Positions 1 to 12,221 of a DNA stretch of 64,000 nt are shown here, in pieces. Every line of letters begins with the position of its first letter. Position 1 is the stretch's first letter. Origin of the DNA: Phoronis australis (lineage: Eukaryota > Animalia > Phoronida); NCBI GenBank assembly GCA_002633005.1, contig NMRA01000653.1:124001-188000 (forward strand), in the 5' to 3' direction. The position numbers and the translations under genes are program-made. The notes beneath the pieces were generated by a model. The model searched no databases, had not been told where the DNA came from, and saw nothing but the letters and a program-made list of their open reading frames with translations.

Positions 1-33
1 TAGAAAACCCCTTCCTGTCGGACAGACGTACTT

Positions 34-165
34 GCCTCCCGTTCAGTAGCGCTAGGAACTCGCTAAAACGCAAGACTTCGCGAGATTACGTGAGACATTG
101 TCGTGTATTTTAAACTAGATTTTAGCTAGGTCCTAGCGTAGGTCCTAGCCTTACTGAACGCACGC
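34..165. mobile_element. MITE (TIR GCCTCCCGTTCAGTA-like); further copies at 50738-50876 and a partial inverted copy at 57630-57697
   Basis: Inverted ends cgttcagtagcgctagga / tcctagccttactgaacg; three dispersed copies in the window. Confidence 0.7.
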
Positions 166-1722
166 TTGGACTCGACCTGGCAGCCATTCTTTGTTATGGG
201 CAAACACAAAGCCCGTATGTTACAGGTTACCCAAACCTGACGGAAGCATCTGCAAACCGGTTGAAACGACAGGTTAGCTGGTGGAGAACACTGATATATC
301 AAAATGGCTACTAATTGTGATTGATCTTGGTTTTATTTTCTCGTTTACAGGTACCGGTTACCACAAAAAACAACTCAAGATTGGAAATACCTTTTTCAGT
401 TGTAAATAATTGATTAAAATCTCTATTACTGGTTCAAAACGTCATCTTCATAATAGGAAAAGAGGGGGCACGAATTTTATTGGGCGTATTTGCCCTTCCT
501 GTCCGAAGGACATTGAACGTTTCTGCCTGCGAACATGTACCCGATCGAGCATCATTTGAAATCTGCGTACAGTACCGGGTCAGGTACTGGATACGTTAAA
601 AGGGGCGTATATTAAACTCCATTCGTTGGAAGATATTACAGTGTGAGACATGTGTCTCGCAGAAGCTGTTATATTTCAGATGGCGAGGCCACTGTGCTCT
701 TTCATTGCTATAATCTGTTCGCACAGCAATCGACCCCACGCTCTACGATGGGAATAATACCAAGATAATTTCATTGAGGACTTTGTTAACCAGAGCTACA
801 CACGTAAAACTTAAATTCATGAATATATCTGTACATGTGAATTTGAGGTACGGTAATAAAGACACGTTACATCAGGAAGAGATAACCAGGAAGGGACAAC
901 TGTTTTAGCGCATTTTAACGTGATTTCAAAAGTGATTTCAAAAGTAAATGTTAAAGTAGTCTGGAATCCAAGCATTATTTTTGAAAGATTAACTCTTTAG
1001 CTATAAAATGACACCACTTTGGTCCTCAAAGACTGCATATTACTGGCACTGGGATGCTTTGAACGTGACATGTTTACCCTTCCAAAAGATGCTTCTTCCC
1101 AGGCATGTACTCGGGCATGAGCCTCTTTTTTGAACCAACAGATGTCACTAACATATGCAAATGAGGCTCGCATCGCTACGTCATACGACGTCATACGGCG
1201 CGAGCTTCCAATTTGAAACNAAAATAGTACTTCAAAAGCATTGGTAACAGCACAGCTTTTGCGTGATTTTTTTGTTTCCTAACTATCACCAGAGCAACTT
1301 CCCATGTCTAGCGTAAACATAGCGAAAGCTGATTACCGTACACGGGTTCCAGCCAGTGGTTACTTATCTTGACATTATTTCTATTTCGAGTACAAAGATT
1401 AAAGCCCGCGCCCAAGTGAAAATTCAAGCATATATTCTGGTCAATGAAAAGGCGCTGCTCCCCGTCAGCAGTGTTGACTGACATGAGAGGCACAGCAATA
1501 ACCAATAGAAGTACATGTACGTAGAGATTGTTGAACTGTTTGTGATGCGAGCGACCTTCTGAAAATGCGCACTGTGTTGACGAAGCTTTGAGCCTCCATG
1601 AGAATTCATCACGTTTTGCAACTGGTACACCATTCTTTTCAAATAAAACAAAAAAGAGCTTCACAATGTTTGAGTGATGTAATCTATCAGAATTTTGTCA
1701 TTGCATTTGCCGTATCTTTTAG

Positions 1723-1813
1723 ATCCGAGGTTCGCTCACTACTTAACATTGATAAACGATGCAGTTACCAAATACGAGGATTGCAACCAATCAAAATGCA
1801 GTTGTCATCTTAG
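1723..1813 (+). CDS. POGLUT1: POGLUT1/Rumi, first identifiable coding exon ((D)PRFAHYLTLINDAVTKYEDCNQSKCSCHL)
   Basis: tttag acceptor at 1721-22, ag|gtgagt donor at 1814. The C-x4-C-x-C motif matches the N-terminal Rumi exon; phase 2 joins the next exon. Confidence 0.85.
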
Positions 1814-2400
1814 GTGAGTTAGAAACTCCTAAATGAGACGTCGTGTATAGGAGCTGTGACCACCAGACTTTACTTGACACCCTCGTGAACGTGGACATTT
1901 TCTTGAACCGTTCCCCACGATTTGTCTTGTCTCTAGCGATGGTCAGTTTGATGGTTATGAGCTCTGACTTATTATTGTTCTCTTGTTAAGCGACCACACT
2001 CAACAATTTTTGTAGACGTAATGCAATAAATATAACTCTCAACCAATGAAACAAACTAAAAACCAGAAAAACGTGTGGCTCTAATCTAAAGTAACATAAA
2101 ACAAAAATGAAATGATAACTTAGGAAACTGTAACACCTTCTTTGATATGTCACTGAACATTTATATAAAGCAAAATTCGGTCATTTTATTGATACAGTTG
2201 TATGCTGAGATTGCATCTTTCTCTTTTGCTAAATTTTATTTTAATATGATCAAGTGACCCAGTCAACGACAGATCGACGTTAACAATGTTTTTGCTTACA
2301 GAAAACATTTTTTATAATGTTGTGAAGGTGTTTGGCTGAATTCATAGGCTTGTTGATAAGCTCCAAAAATAATGTTAATCATCTTTACTTTGTAAATCAG

Positions 2401-2538
2401 TGTCATGGACAGAGATTTGTCTTCATGGGAGAAAGGGATATCGAAGGAAGTGTTTCAGGCAACCAAGTCCCATGGAACGCACTATCAGATCATCGACCAT
2501 AAATTGTATAGGGAGAAACACTGCGTGTTTCCTCTCAG
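2401..2538 (+). CDS. POGLUT1: POGLUT1/Rumi exon (VMDRDLSSWEKGIS...GTHYQIIDHKLYREKHCVFPLR)
   Basis: cag acceptor, ag|gtgagt donor; GTHYQI..KLYRE..C.FP.R Rumi motif. Confidence 0.93.
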
Positions 2539-3699
2539 GTGAGTCGTATCGGTAATGATTGTTCATACTATACCTTGCCACACCAAAGACTCCCACCTCC
2601 AGAAGTTTCAGCCCTAACTGTTGTAACGCATAATCTCGCTAGCGGTTTCACTTGTTGCACACGGTAGGCTAACTGTACAGGTAAACCACGGCGCAGATGG
2701 ATAGTTACTGTACGAGTTGAGCTGTCTACCTTAATTGAACCAAATCTGAAGTAACAGATGAGAAAATACGACAATGGGTGTGTAGGACGGTCCCGGATCA
2801 AAATCTCCTTGGTCCTGGAGGTGGGAAGACGCGTTTTTCATTCGCCTCGTTTTAGAAATATCGGGCTGATTCTAGGAATCATGTCTGGAATTACCGTATC
2901 ACGGATACTTCGTAAGTTTGTCCAACTTCCTGCCGTTGTACTAGCCACCCCCAGCAGGACATTTAAATTTTATTAGTTTTGGAAGGTGGGATACAATTAA
3001 CACAATCTTGAAAAACTTGAAAATTGAAAGACACCAACAACTAACACCAGAAAGTCCGATGCCGCGAGGACGATGACAAAGAACTGCTTGACGAATGTTG
3101 CAGCATTGCGGGTAAAATACTGCGAGATTCAAGCCGCTGCGTAATCCGACACCGTCTTGTTGAATGAATTAGAGTGGCACTCGATAGTGCTTTGAGCCAC
3201 GGTTGAATTTAGCTCACCCAATTTCCTTATAAATTGGCGATTGCTGGTTTGGCTAGGCATTTCAAGTTCTGTGCTGCAAGCTGACATGGCATTTGCTTGA
3301 TTTTTGAGTTTGTTCTGAGTGCGCTGTTGACCCCTTGACTCACTTTTTGCTCAGCTGTGGCTTTTCGTAACCCTTGCTAGCGAGAATTTGTTATTTAGCA
3401 GGAAATTGAGGTACAATCAGACTGTTTGGATTTGTGAAAACTCTATCTGGTCGACACCCAATTTTCCCCAGATTTCTGTAGAGTTTTGGTAGTCTGAATG
3501 TATTGTTCTCAATTCTTAGTAATCGTATGCAAATGGTGACTTTGCTGATTTGGCGTATTTTGAAGAAATCGTTTTTTTTTTCAAGTAGTTGGCTGTACTT
3601 TGGTAGTCGTAAAAGATAGAAAATTTGAATTTGGAATCAGTTTCAATTGACTTGATGCAAGGTTTAGGAAGTCTTTAGCCCCTTATACTCATCAAATTT

Positions 3700-3782
3700 T
3701 CTAGTTTTATACATCCTGTGGAACAGGCTGTTGGAGCTGACTCGACCTGGTTTTTCAAACCCCAGATCACAAAACAATGTTG
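3700..3782. repeat. Dispersed repeat with an inverted copy at about 12510-12597
   Basis: ggaacaggctgttggagctgactcgacctggtttttcaaac is the reverse complement of gtttgaaaaaccaggtcgagtcagctccaacagtctgttcc (one mismatch). Confidence 0.7.
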
Positions 3783-6539
3783 TCACGTAGTCGCTAACTC
3801 ATATTGAATAGTACTCGCCTTGGAGTGAACTGTTAGCTCAGAAAAGATCGACCTCGTCCCTAAACCTCAAGATGGCGGTGATCGTTTTAGCAATTTGAGG
3901 CTTAGTAAGGAGATATCCCTTCTGCGTGCTGATTGACTGTAGACGACGTTCACTGCTAACAAGACAAACAAGTGAATCTCTGAAAACTTACAAGTTCTTG
4001 AAGATTTTTTCACTACTTCTTTGATGTGATAAATTTGCGTATTTTTCCCAGAAACTAAACAACCTCCAAAGGCAGGTTTTAATTATTTTCACAGGTCTTG
4101 TTGCTGCCATTTATGATTCGGAAGCAGAAGACAATGTTTTGGTTTTTGGTTGTGTACATATTTTCGATTCTGTTTTGTTGCTGACACATCGCAATTGTTC
4201 TGTTTTTTAATTTATATATACATTATTTTTACTGTGATCTAGACCTAAACTGATGCATAATTACCGTTACTTCTGATTGCTGTGCTAGACTATAGAACAT
4301 TTCAATGTTGATAAAACATTATAGCACTCGTAATATTCCGGTGATTTCCGTAAAAATATGTCAGAATTCAGCAAATAAATTTCTCTTCACCAAGCCTCAA
4401 ATGGCTAAACCGATCAGCGCCACCTTGAGGATTGGAGACATGGATGAGATTAGATTCTCTTAAGTAATTAGCTATACGTCTGCACTGACTGTAAGTGGGA
4501 GTGTTGAATGAGCGACTCTATATTCATTGGATGGTGGCAATGAATAAAAGACGTTCAATTTAACATCTGGTTAGATTGGAATCAGAAAGCAATTCATAAA
4601 CGCACGGGTGTTTGTAAGATAAGGCTCCTACGTGACTACCTAGAATACGTTCACTAACACAAGATACCTGCCATTAAAACCTAGTGAGGTCACGTTCTTT
4701 GCTTGCACGGGTATTGTCACTTTTTACTGTGTCCAGTGGGATAAACTTTATGGCCACCGGACTTATTGAAAACACAAAATTATAATGAGTGTCGTTCGGT
4801 ACGTGTGACATTATTTTTACATTGACATTATCCTCTTGCAACCTCCCCCCCTCCCCTTTCCCCGTCGTGAGAAACACTACACTGGTGACCATCGTGAGTT
4901 CAAAGGCGAGATGCCCACTACTAATAGACCGAGACCCCAGAGCTTTTTTGGCATGAAAAGGTAACCAATTTTCTTTGGTGCCTCAGTGCTCTGTCGGCAT
5001 CCTCATGCCTGGAAATGACTGTCTGGCAGGTTCGCAGTGGTGGGTGTGGTCAGGGGAGCCAAGAGAATGACACTCAAAAACAGCAAGATCAGCTTTTCTG
5101 GTAACCACTTCAAACTGCCTTCTGTGGTCACTGCCAGACAATTTCAGTGGTGAGGAGTGTTATAAACAAGGTAAAAAATGAGCCAGATCAATCAAGAGGT
5201 AACCGCATAAAACCCGTTGCAAAATATTCACCGTGAGCCCACGTATCACGAATGAACACTGCCAGCTAAATCTAGTTGTGGATTAGCCCCGCCAGACACG
5301 CCCAAATACACGAGTTTAGCTAGATCAACCCACCACGTAACCGTTTGAAACCAACTGCACGATATTCACCACCACTGTACATGGCACAATAATTAGATGC
5401 CAGACAATTTCAGTGGTGGGGTGCCCCTGCCAGACGATTTTCAAAAAGAGTTAAAAATTGAGCTAGAATAAACCAAGAGGTAACCGCTTAAAAACAATGG
5501 CTAAACATTCACTGTAACCCCAGGTATCACGAATAAACACTGCCAGACAAATCTAGTGGGTGCTTAGCCCCGCCAAACACGCCCAATATCTGAGTTGAGC
5601 TAGATCAACCCACCAGGTATCAGTTTAAAACCAATTGCATGATGTTTAGCATCACTGTACATGACATATCAATAAGATGCCACACAATTTCAGCTGTGAG
5701 GTGTCCCTGCCAGACGGCTGAAGAAAGGGCTAAATTTTAAGGTAAATCAACCCAAGAGGTAACCGCATGAAACCAGTGGCAAAATATTCTACGTTTAGGC
5801 CACAGTCCATTCGACCCTAGAAAGCCTAGAAAATCACTTCCGTGACCACTTTTTGGGGGCAAGATAATTTTGATGTTTTTTAAGGTCACTAAGTTCTATA
5901 CTTTAAGAATCTAAAACGTTCTCAAGGTTTATTTTGCACGTTTTCGAGAAATTTGACCTCAAAAATGTGACATAATTTGGCACAGAAAACCAATCTTCAA
6001 AAACCAACAACACTAGACAAAAACTGAATGATAATTTGATTGGGATTTGTTCATTCGGAGTTACTGAACAAGAAAAGTGATATATATTATGATATTAGGT
6101 GGAAAAGTGCACAAAAAAGAGAAAAAGAAATATTTTAGCAGCGCCTATTGTTGGCCAGAAAACATACTACTATATTCTGATCTGAAAAAAAAACAAATAC
6201 TGTTAAACACTTGGATGGAACTTGATGCAGATTTCATAACACTATTACATATGAACAATATACATTTCCAACACTTCTGCAACAAATTCACTGTCATCAC
6301 TTTCATTAATTATCGCAATTAGTTGTCATTATCCACATTGCTGTTCACTGTCAACTGTCACCCAACAGTCCCCTCAGTCACCACTGTGATTAAATGTTGT
6401 CAATATTCTCCATTAGGTTGCAAATTTAAAGTTCTTTAACAACATAGCATACACTTATTATGTTTCTTTATCCACTCCATCATCATTTATATCATCATTA
6501 TTGTCATCAAATGTTGTTTTTTGACTGAGACACCATGTT

Positions 6540-6840
6540 CGCAAAGTGTGGACAGTCACGCAACTAAGACCATGGCATACCTGACTTCAAACAAGAGCAC
6601 ATTTTTTACTACAACCACTTCTTTTTCACTTGCCATTAACATTTTTCATGGAATTTTCTGGGGTTAAAGGCACAGTCATCCATTGGAGCTTCAGACTAAC
6701 CTGTTCCAAAAGCCACCCATTACCAACTGGAGATGGTGCACTGACATGCTGTTGCAAGGCTCGTTTGTGAATGGCACACGGGTAGTTTGCTCTTTTAGCA
6801 TGTAACAGCAAACAATCATGACGAGGAGGCAGATCACAGA
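6540..6840 (-). pseudogene. Decayed C-terminal Academ ORF (end of XPG/PIN-like region plus Cys-rich CXC domain)
   Basis: LPPRHDCLLLHAKRANYPCAIHKRAL...PSPVGNGW...LKLQWMT fits the LPP..AL..H..RANYQ..IW..PSP.GHGW..WM motif; followed by a stop-interrupted Cys-rich stretch. Confidence 0.75.
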
Positions 6841-6889
6841 TTTCAACCTGAATATTTGGTAGCGTGCTTTGTTTTAAAACTGTTGACGA

Positions 6890-7200
6890 CTCACTCGAGA
6901 TAAGTGTCTATTATTCTATGCTCAAGTGCATAAAATGACTTACGTGGATGCTTTATTAGTCCTAATTTGTAGTTGATAAATTCAACATTAAAGCTAAAAG
7001 TTCGAGTTGGAACTCAAAATTTCGAGTTTTTACTAGAATTTGTAGCACGAATATAAGGGTCTTCAAGAGCAAACTTGAAATAGAAACTTATATGCATCAT
7101 CATTAGTGCACAGTCTGATAATCACTTATCTTGAGTTGGCACACAAGGAGCAGAGAAATTGCCAAAAATAATTTCGAGTACAGAGATTAGAGACCGGGCC
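6890..7200. repeat. Dispersed non-autonomous repeat family; related copies at about 35900-36410 and 50350-50510
   Basis: Shared segments such as ttttactmgar.ttgtagc, cttatcttgagtt..caca and aaaataatttcgag. Confidence 0.55.
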
Positions 7201-8001
7201 ATGGTTTTGGAATAGGGTAAATTCAAAGTAGTGAATTTTAGAAGATAACAAACATTAGGAGTAATGAACATTCGGAGTACAGGAAGTTCGAAGTATTGAA
7301 CCTGTGTCATAGTGACATGGAACCTTGAAAATATTCTCCATAAGTTTGTAGCTCGTATGAAGTCTGCAGGATTGTGCACCACTGACGTTGATTGACAAGA
7401 GAAGATTTTCATTGACCAAACTACGCCTAGTTTTCCACCATCACGTGAAAGTTCTCGACGGGGTGTTCTCAGAAAACATGGTAGTTGAGTGTCTATTTTT
7501 TTAGCACGACGGAGGATGGCTTATAACGAACTTAGCGCTGCCGTGTACTGAATTTAAAACAACGGAAACGCTCACACGTGTACACGCATGGATGTCAATC
7601 CACCAATCCACAATCAAAGTGGACACTGGATGAACAACATATTTGCATATTTGACGATCACTTTCAATTCAAAATTTGAAAACGCCTACACTTCTGCCAT
7701 ACTATGCTTGCAATTAAACCAAAATATCAGAATAACAAATCTCAACTTTCTGCTGTTTTGTTTCTTGGCCGAGTTTAAGGCATTCACACCGCTCTCGTTG
7801 CTTTATACATGTAGCTTACTTAGGTCGTAGGGGCAAACATTTATGCTTAGACAAATTCAAAATTATTACAAACTTAGTTTTCATTGTAGTTAGTAGCACC
7901 AGTAGCTGCAACAATTTTGTTGTTGCTGTCCATTTATATCCTATGTTTAACGAATATTCTGGGGCTTGACCCTTTTAGCGGGGGAGGGGTTCGATCGCAC
8001 C

Positions 8002-8101
8002 NNNNNNNNNNNNNNNNNNNNNNNNNNNNNNNNNNNNNNNNNNNNNNNNNNNNNNNNNNNNNNNNNNNNNNNNNNNNNNNNNNNNNNNNNNNNNNNNNNN
8101 N
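8002..8101. other. Assembly gap (100 N); 7774-8001 recurs at 8451-8852
   Basis: N run; near-identical flanks differing by an insertion of about 175 bp. Confidence 0.9.
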
Positions 8102-10664
8102 CAGTCACTGACACCAGTTACACCGGCAAATTTTCGTCTGACGATGACGATGACTAGGTATCACTTTGTGTTGCCTTGGCTCAAACAGGTATCCCTTGTG
8201 ACCCGAAATTTCACACTAAAATTTCTTATTCCGACAATATAAAAAACGCTACTTGATTGCACGCTAACACAGGACAGTGACTTTGCCCCCGCCAAATACG
8301 TCACGAGACTAAGCAGCGCTCCAAGCCGGTAATTTTTTGAGCTTCGTTAGAGAACATAAGTTTCATTTTTGGTGTTGAATTATTTGTGAAATTAATCAAC
8401 AATTCATAGAAAACTATCCAGAATTTATTCAGAATAAAATACAGTTCCCTTTTAAGGCATTCACACCGCGCTCGTTGCTTTATACATGTAGCTTACTTAG
8501 GTCGTAGGGGTAAACCTTTATGCTTAGACATAGACTTTTACATCTAGACTCCCTTGTTATCCTTTGGTGCAGCTACCACGCACGTGGTTTATGAATAACA
8601 CAAAGCCTCCTCTTATCTTGTGCGCGATCATGTCATCTACGGCACTCGGGCAAATTTGGTCGAGTACGGCCCAATGCCACGTGAAGCCCTTTGAATCGGA
8701 ATCAAATTCAAAATTATTACAAACTTAGTTTTCATTGTAGTTAGTAGCACCAGTAGCTGCAACAATTTTGTTGTTGCTGTCCATTTATATCCTATGTTTA
8801 ACGAATATACTGGGGCTTGACCCTTTTAGCGGGGGAGGGGTTCGATCGCACCNNNNCCCCCCCCCCCCCCCATGGCTACGGGCCTCTACTATTAATAATA
8901 AAAGTAAACGTAATAATAAAAGTAAAAAGGTGAAACATAAACTAGAATCTTTATTTAATTCAACTTCAATTCAGTCACTATTTCCAAAAAGGTTATACAT
9001 GTACATAGTGGTTGGATACCCCCTCCTCCCAATGTGGATGCCTGGAGCCGTCGCCACGATGACTGAGTACCAGATTCTTTATGAAGACAAAAAGCTACCA
9101 GTTCCATTGTCCGCGTGTCTGTGTCGTGCTAATGAAATGATTTTCAATCTAACTAAACTGAAAAACTAGCAGGACTCGTTATTCCCACGAATTGCGAAAA
9201 ACAAGTTCGCAACATAAACAGAATGTTTTATCTACGTTACAGCTTTGATAGTTTCCACGCAATCATACGAACCCAATATCAGGTGCCGCAGAGGTGTTTT
9301 TGGAGAACAGCATGTCAAAAATATAAATACGATCTGTTCCAAAGATAGGTCAACAGCTGATCTACTGGAGTTCTTCCTTTCGTCCCACTGAGAACGCACC
9401 GTTTTCCAGCACTTCACGTAATATTGGGTCTGTGAATTTCAACTTTTTGTCAAATTTGCCATTAATCACTGGGTGTTATGAAGGTAGTTGGTGCGCATAC
9501 ATAACGCAGACGACAGCAAACGACGGCATTTCGATTATTTCTGGTTTTAGCAGTTGCATCAAATGACTCCTCCGAAAACAGAGGGACACAGTTTAGACTG
9601 GTAAAATAGGACACCGAAAAATTGAAATTCGTGCAAACACAATGAGTCATCGGTCACGGGTGGGTTTTTAAGTTTTGTTTTTAATAGTGAATCGTGTGGA
9701 GTATTCCGCTGTTGTCGTATATACTTGTGAGGTCGCTCCAACCTCAGGCGCGATGTTTCTGGTTTTCATGCTCTGACGTATGCTTGCAGACAAAAATCTC
9801 TCATCTTGTGTTGTGACCTACATGTATGTCGTAGGCCTACGGACTCACTGCCTTTATTGAAAATCGAAGTGCCTGGTACCTTAACGTGATACGTATTCAG
9901 CGTGAATGGGCTTATAATCAATTTTTGCGACTGTTTATTTGTTTGACAGGGGTACCACACCGCTGAAATTGTTTGGCATCTTACTGTTGTGGCACGTGCA
10001 GTGATGCTGAACATCGGACAAATGGTTTCAAGCGCTTACTTGGTGGTTTGATCTAACTCAGCTCAGGTATTAAGGCGTGTCTTGGGGGATAACCCACCAC
10101 TAGTTTTGTCTGGCAGTGTTTATTCTTGATAACTGGGCTTACGGCGAGTATTTTGCAACTGGTTTCATGCGGTTACCTCTTCAGTTGATCTAGCTCAATT
10201 CAGTTATTTGAGCATGTCTGACGGGGCTAACCCACCACTAGATTTGTCTGGCACTGTTCACTCGTGACACCTGGGCTTAAGGTGAATATTTTGCAACGGG
10301 GGTTTCATACGGTTACCTCTTGTATTGATTTAGCTCAATTTTTCACCCTGTTTATAACCGTCTGGCTGATACTCCTCAACCTCTGAAATTGTCTGGCAGT
10401 GACCAATTTTGATACAATGGATTACGTAGTAGGTATCGAAGGCAGTTAAGAGGTTACCAGAAAAGTTGATCTAGCTCAGTTTTTGAGTGCCATTTTCTTG
10501 GCCCCCTGACCTCACCCACGAGAGCAAACCTGCCAGACGGCCATTTTCAAGCATGAGGATACCCATAAAGCACTGTGGCACCAAAGAAAGTTGGTTACCT
10601 TTTATGCCCAAAAAAGCTCTGGAATCTCGGTCTGTAAGTCTGATTAGATTACAGTATTCGACCG

Positions 10665-10810
10665 GTGATCTCAATGGCTCGGTGGACTAGAGCATCTCCA
10701 CGGTTACCACATGGTCTCGAGTTCGAGTCCCAGTTAAGGCAGAAATCTGTTATATTCATTAAGTCACGTGATGTGGTCACAGGTAGCGTGCTGACCAGTC
10801 ACCTAAAGCT
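10665..10810 (+). mobile_element. tRNA-derived SINE, decayed
   Basis: Pol III A-box TGGCTCGGTGG and B-box GAGTTCGAGTCC at tRNA-like spacing; no intact cloverleaf. Confidence 0.6.
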
Positions 10811-10848
10811 GTTTTCGATATTTCCATCAACTTATTTCATCCTCGCAG

Positions 10849-10981
10849 GTGCAGTGGTGTCGAACACTTTCTCCTACAGATCGCATACAAACTTCCTGAC
10901 ATGGAGCTGGTCATCAACACTCGTGACTACCCTCGCTCACCTAGGAACTTGCAACCCTTACCTGTGTTCTCGTTTAGCAAG
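10849..10981 (+). CDS. POGLUT1: POGLUT1/Rumi exon (CSGVEHFLL...INTRDYP...PVFSFSK)
   Basis: cag acceptor, aag|gtgagt donor; contains the catalytic NxRDYP motif. Confidence 0.95.
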
Positions 10982-11277
10982 GTGAGTGTCTGGGGTTTTT
11001 TTTTTGACTTCATACAACATAAAAATGATTTTAAGTAAAATGTGATAATTTTTATTCAAATAGTTTACTAGTGAGATAGGGGATTGGCTGCGCATTCTCA
11101 CCATCCAACTAAGGGAAGTGAGTTACTTAATGCGATCGTTTTCCTCCGTGTGATTCAGATAACACACGATAATGCTAGCGAACGTATTAAATAGGTAGTG
11201 CTCATACTTCAGCAGGTGTTATCTACTAAGATGGTGCAAACATCGATTTTGCAAAATTTTTACTTTTGTGTCCATAG

Positions 11278-11399
11278 GACGGCTCTGTCTTTGACATAAT
11301 GTACCCAGCTTGGACCTTCTGGGAAGGTGGGCCGGATGTACGGTCGATATACCCCACGGGGCTGGGGCGATGGGACCTGCAGAGGGAGATAATCTCAAA
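11278..11399 (+). CDS. POGLUT1: POGLUT1/Rumi exon ([41 protein letters not shown])
   Basis: tag acceptor, aa|gtaagt donor; [14 protein letters not shown] and GLGRWD motifs. Confidence 0.95.
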
Positions 11400-12061
11400 G
11401 TAAGTGCGATGGGTGATACTTCAATGATTGGGTGTGTACGGTATCAATCGACTGTTTTGTGACTGGTTTTGGTGCGCTTGATTCACATCACCAGCTCTGT
11501 CGGGTCATCCAGCTAAGACATCACATTAGTCATTGGTGACGAATTTCGGCTTACAGTCCAATCAGGCGTCTTGATCCGGTAGAACTGGGGGATTTAATCA
11601 AGAGCAACCAATCTTTATGCTCCTTGGTCAGAACATTAAAGCCGACCTTTAGACACACTGATAAACCACATTTTTGCGAAATTCCGCAAAAAATGCAAAG
11701 GGATTTTACTTGTGAGAACAAAGTCAAAAACAAAATTTTGTAAAATAGTCTTTGATAAATAAAGCAATTTGGTACATTTATTTTTAACACATACTTCCTG
11801 GTGTTCCTTTGAAGTCCAAAGAAGCATGAATAAATTACGGTGCTATTGAATGTTGTTAAAGAACAGGCGTTGCGCCTGTTCTACCTGCTTAAATGCGGGG
11901 TATTCGTATGCTGAATTTTGGCGGTGGTAACTAGGAGATGGTTCAATTCATTTCCTCAAAAAGTCACCAACGTGCTGGTTGTAAACATCAATAAAAATGT
12001 GTTTACTTTACATGAATTTCCAAAAAGTGCACTGTATTCAGTTAGTTCAGACGTTTTCTAG

Positions 12062-12221
12062 AGAAGCTAAGAAGTGGCCCTGGCACAAGAAGAAGAATGT
12101 GGCGTTTTTCCGAGGGTCTCGCACAAGTGCCGAGCGAGATGCCCTGGTGGTACTGTCACGTGAACATCCAGAGCTAGTCCAAGCACAATACACAAAGAAT
12201 CGACCTTGGAAGACGATTAAG
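12062..12221 (+). CDS. POGLUT1: POGLUT1/Rumi exon (EAKKWPW...[14 protein letters not shown]...[12 protein letters not shown]), followed by a GC donor
   Basis: [11 protein letters not shown] motif in ORF 11997..12347; homology ends at AAG|GCGAGT. Confidence 0.92.

Larger units (their letters stand above)
4925..10634 (-). mobile_element. Internally deleted AcademX-like DNA transposon in a POGLUT1 intron
   Basis: Termini TAGACCGAGA / TCTCGGTCTG flanked by TAA on both sides (4922-24, 10635-37); long inverted arms at about 4925-5790 and 9940-10634; decayed coding relic at 6540-6840. Confidence 0.8.

Noticed and set aside
680-757. ATG (MARPLCSFIAIIC) as the POGLUT1 start
   Set aside because: Runs into TAA with no credible phase-1 donor.
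5130-5790. Regularly spaced repeats resembling a CRISPR array
   Set aside because: The 'spacers' are themselves repeated and the array is mirrored at 9940-10634, so it is transposon TIR substructure; no cas genes.
10665-10740. Possible tRNA gene
   Set aside because: A and B boxes are present but acceptor and anticodon stems do not form; called a SINE head instead.
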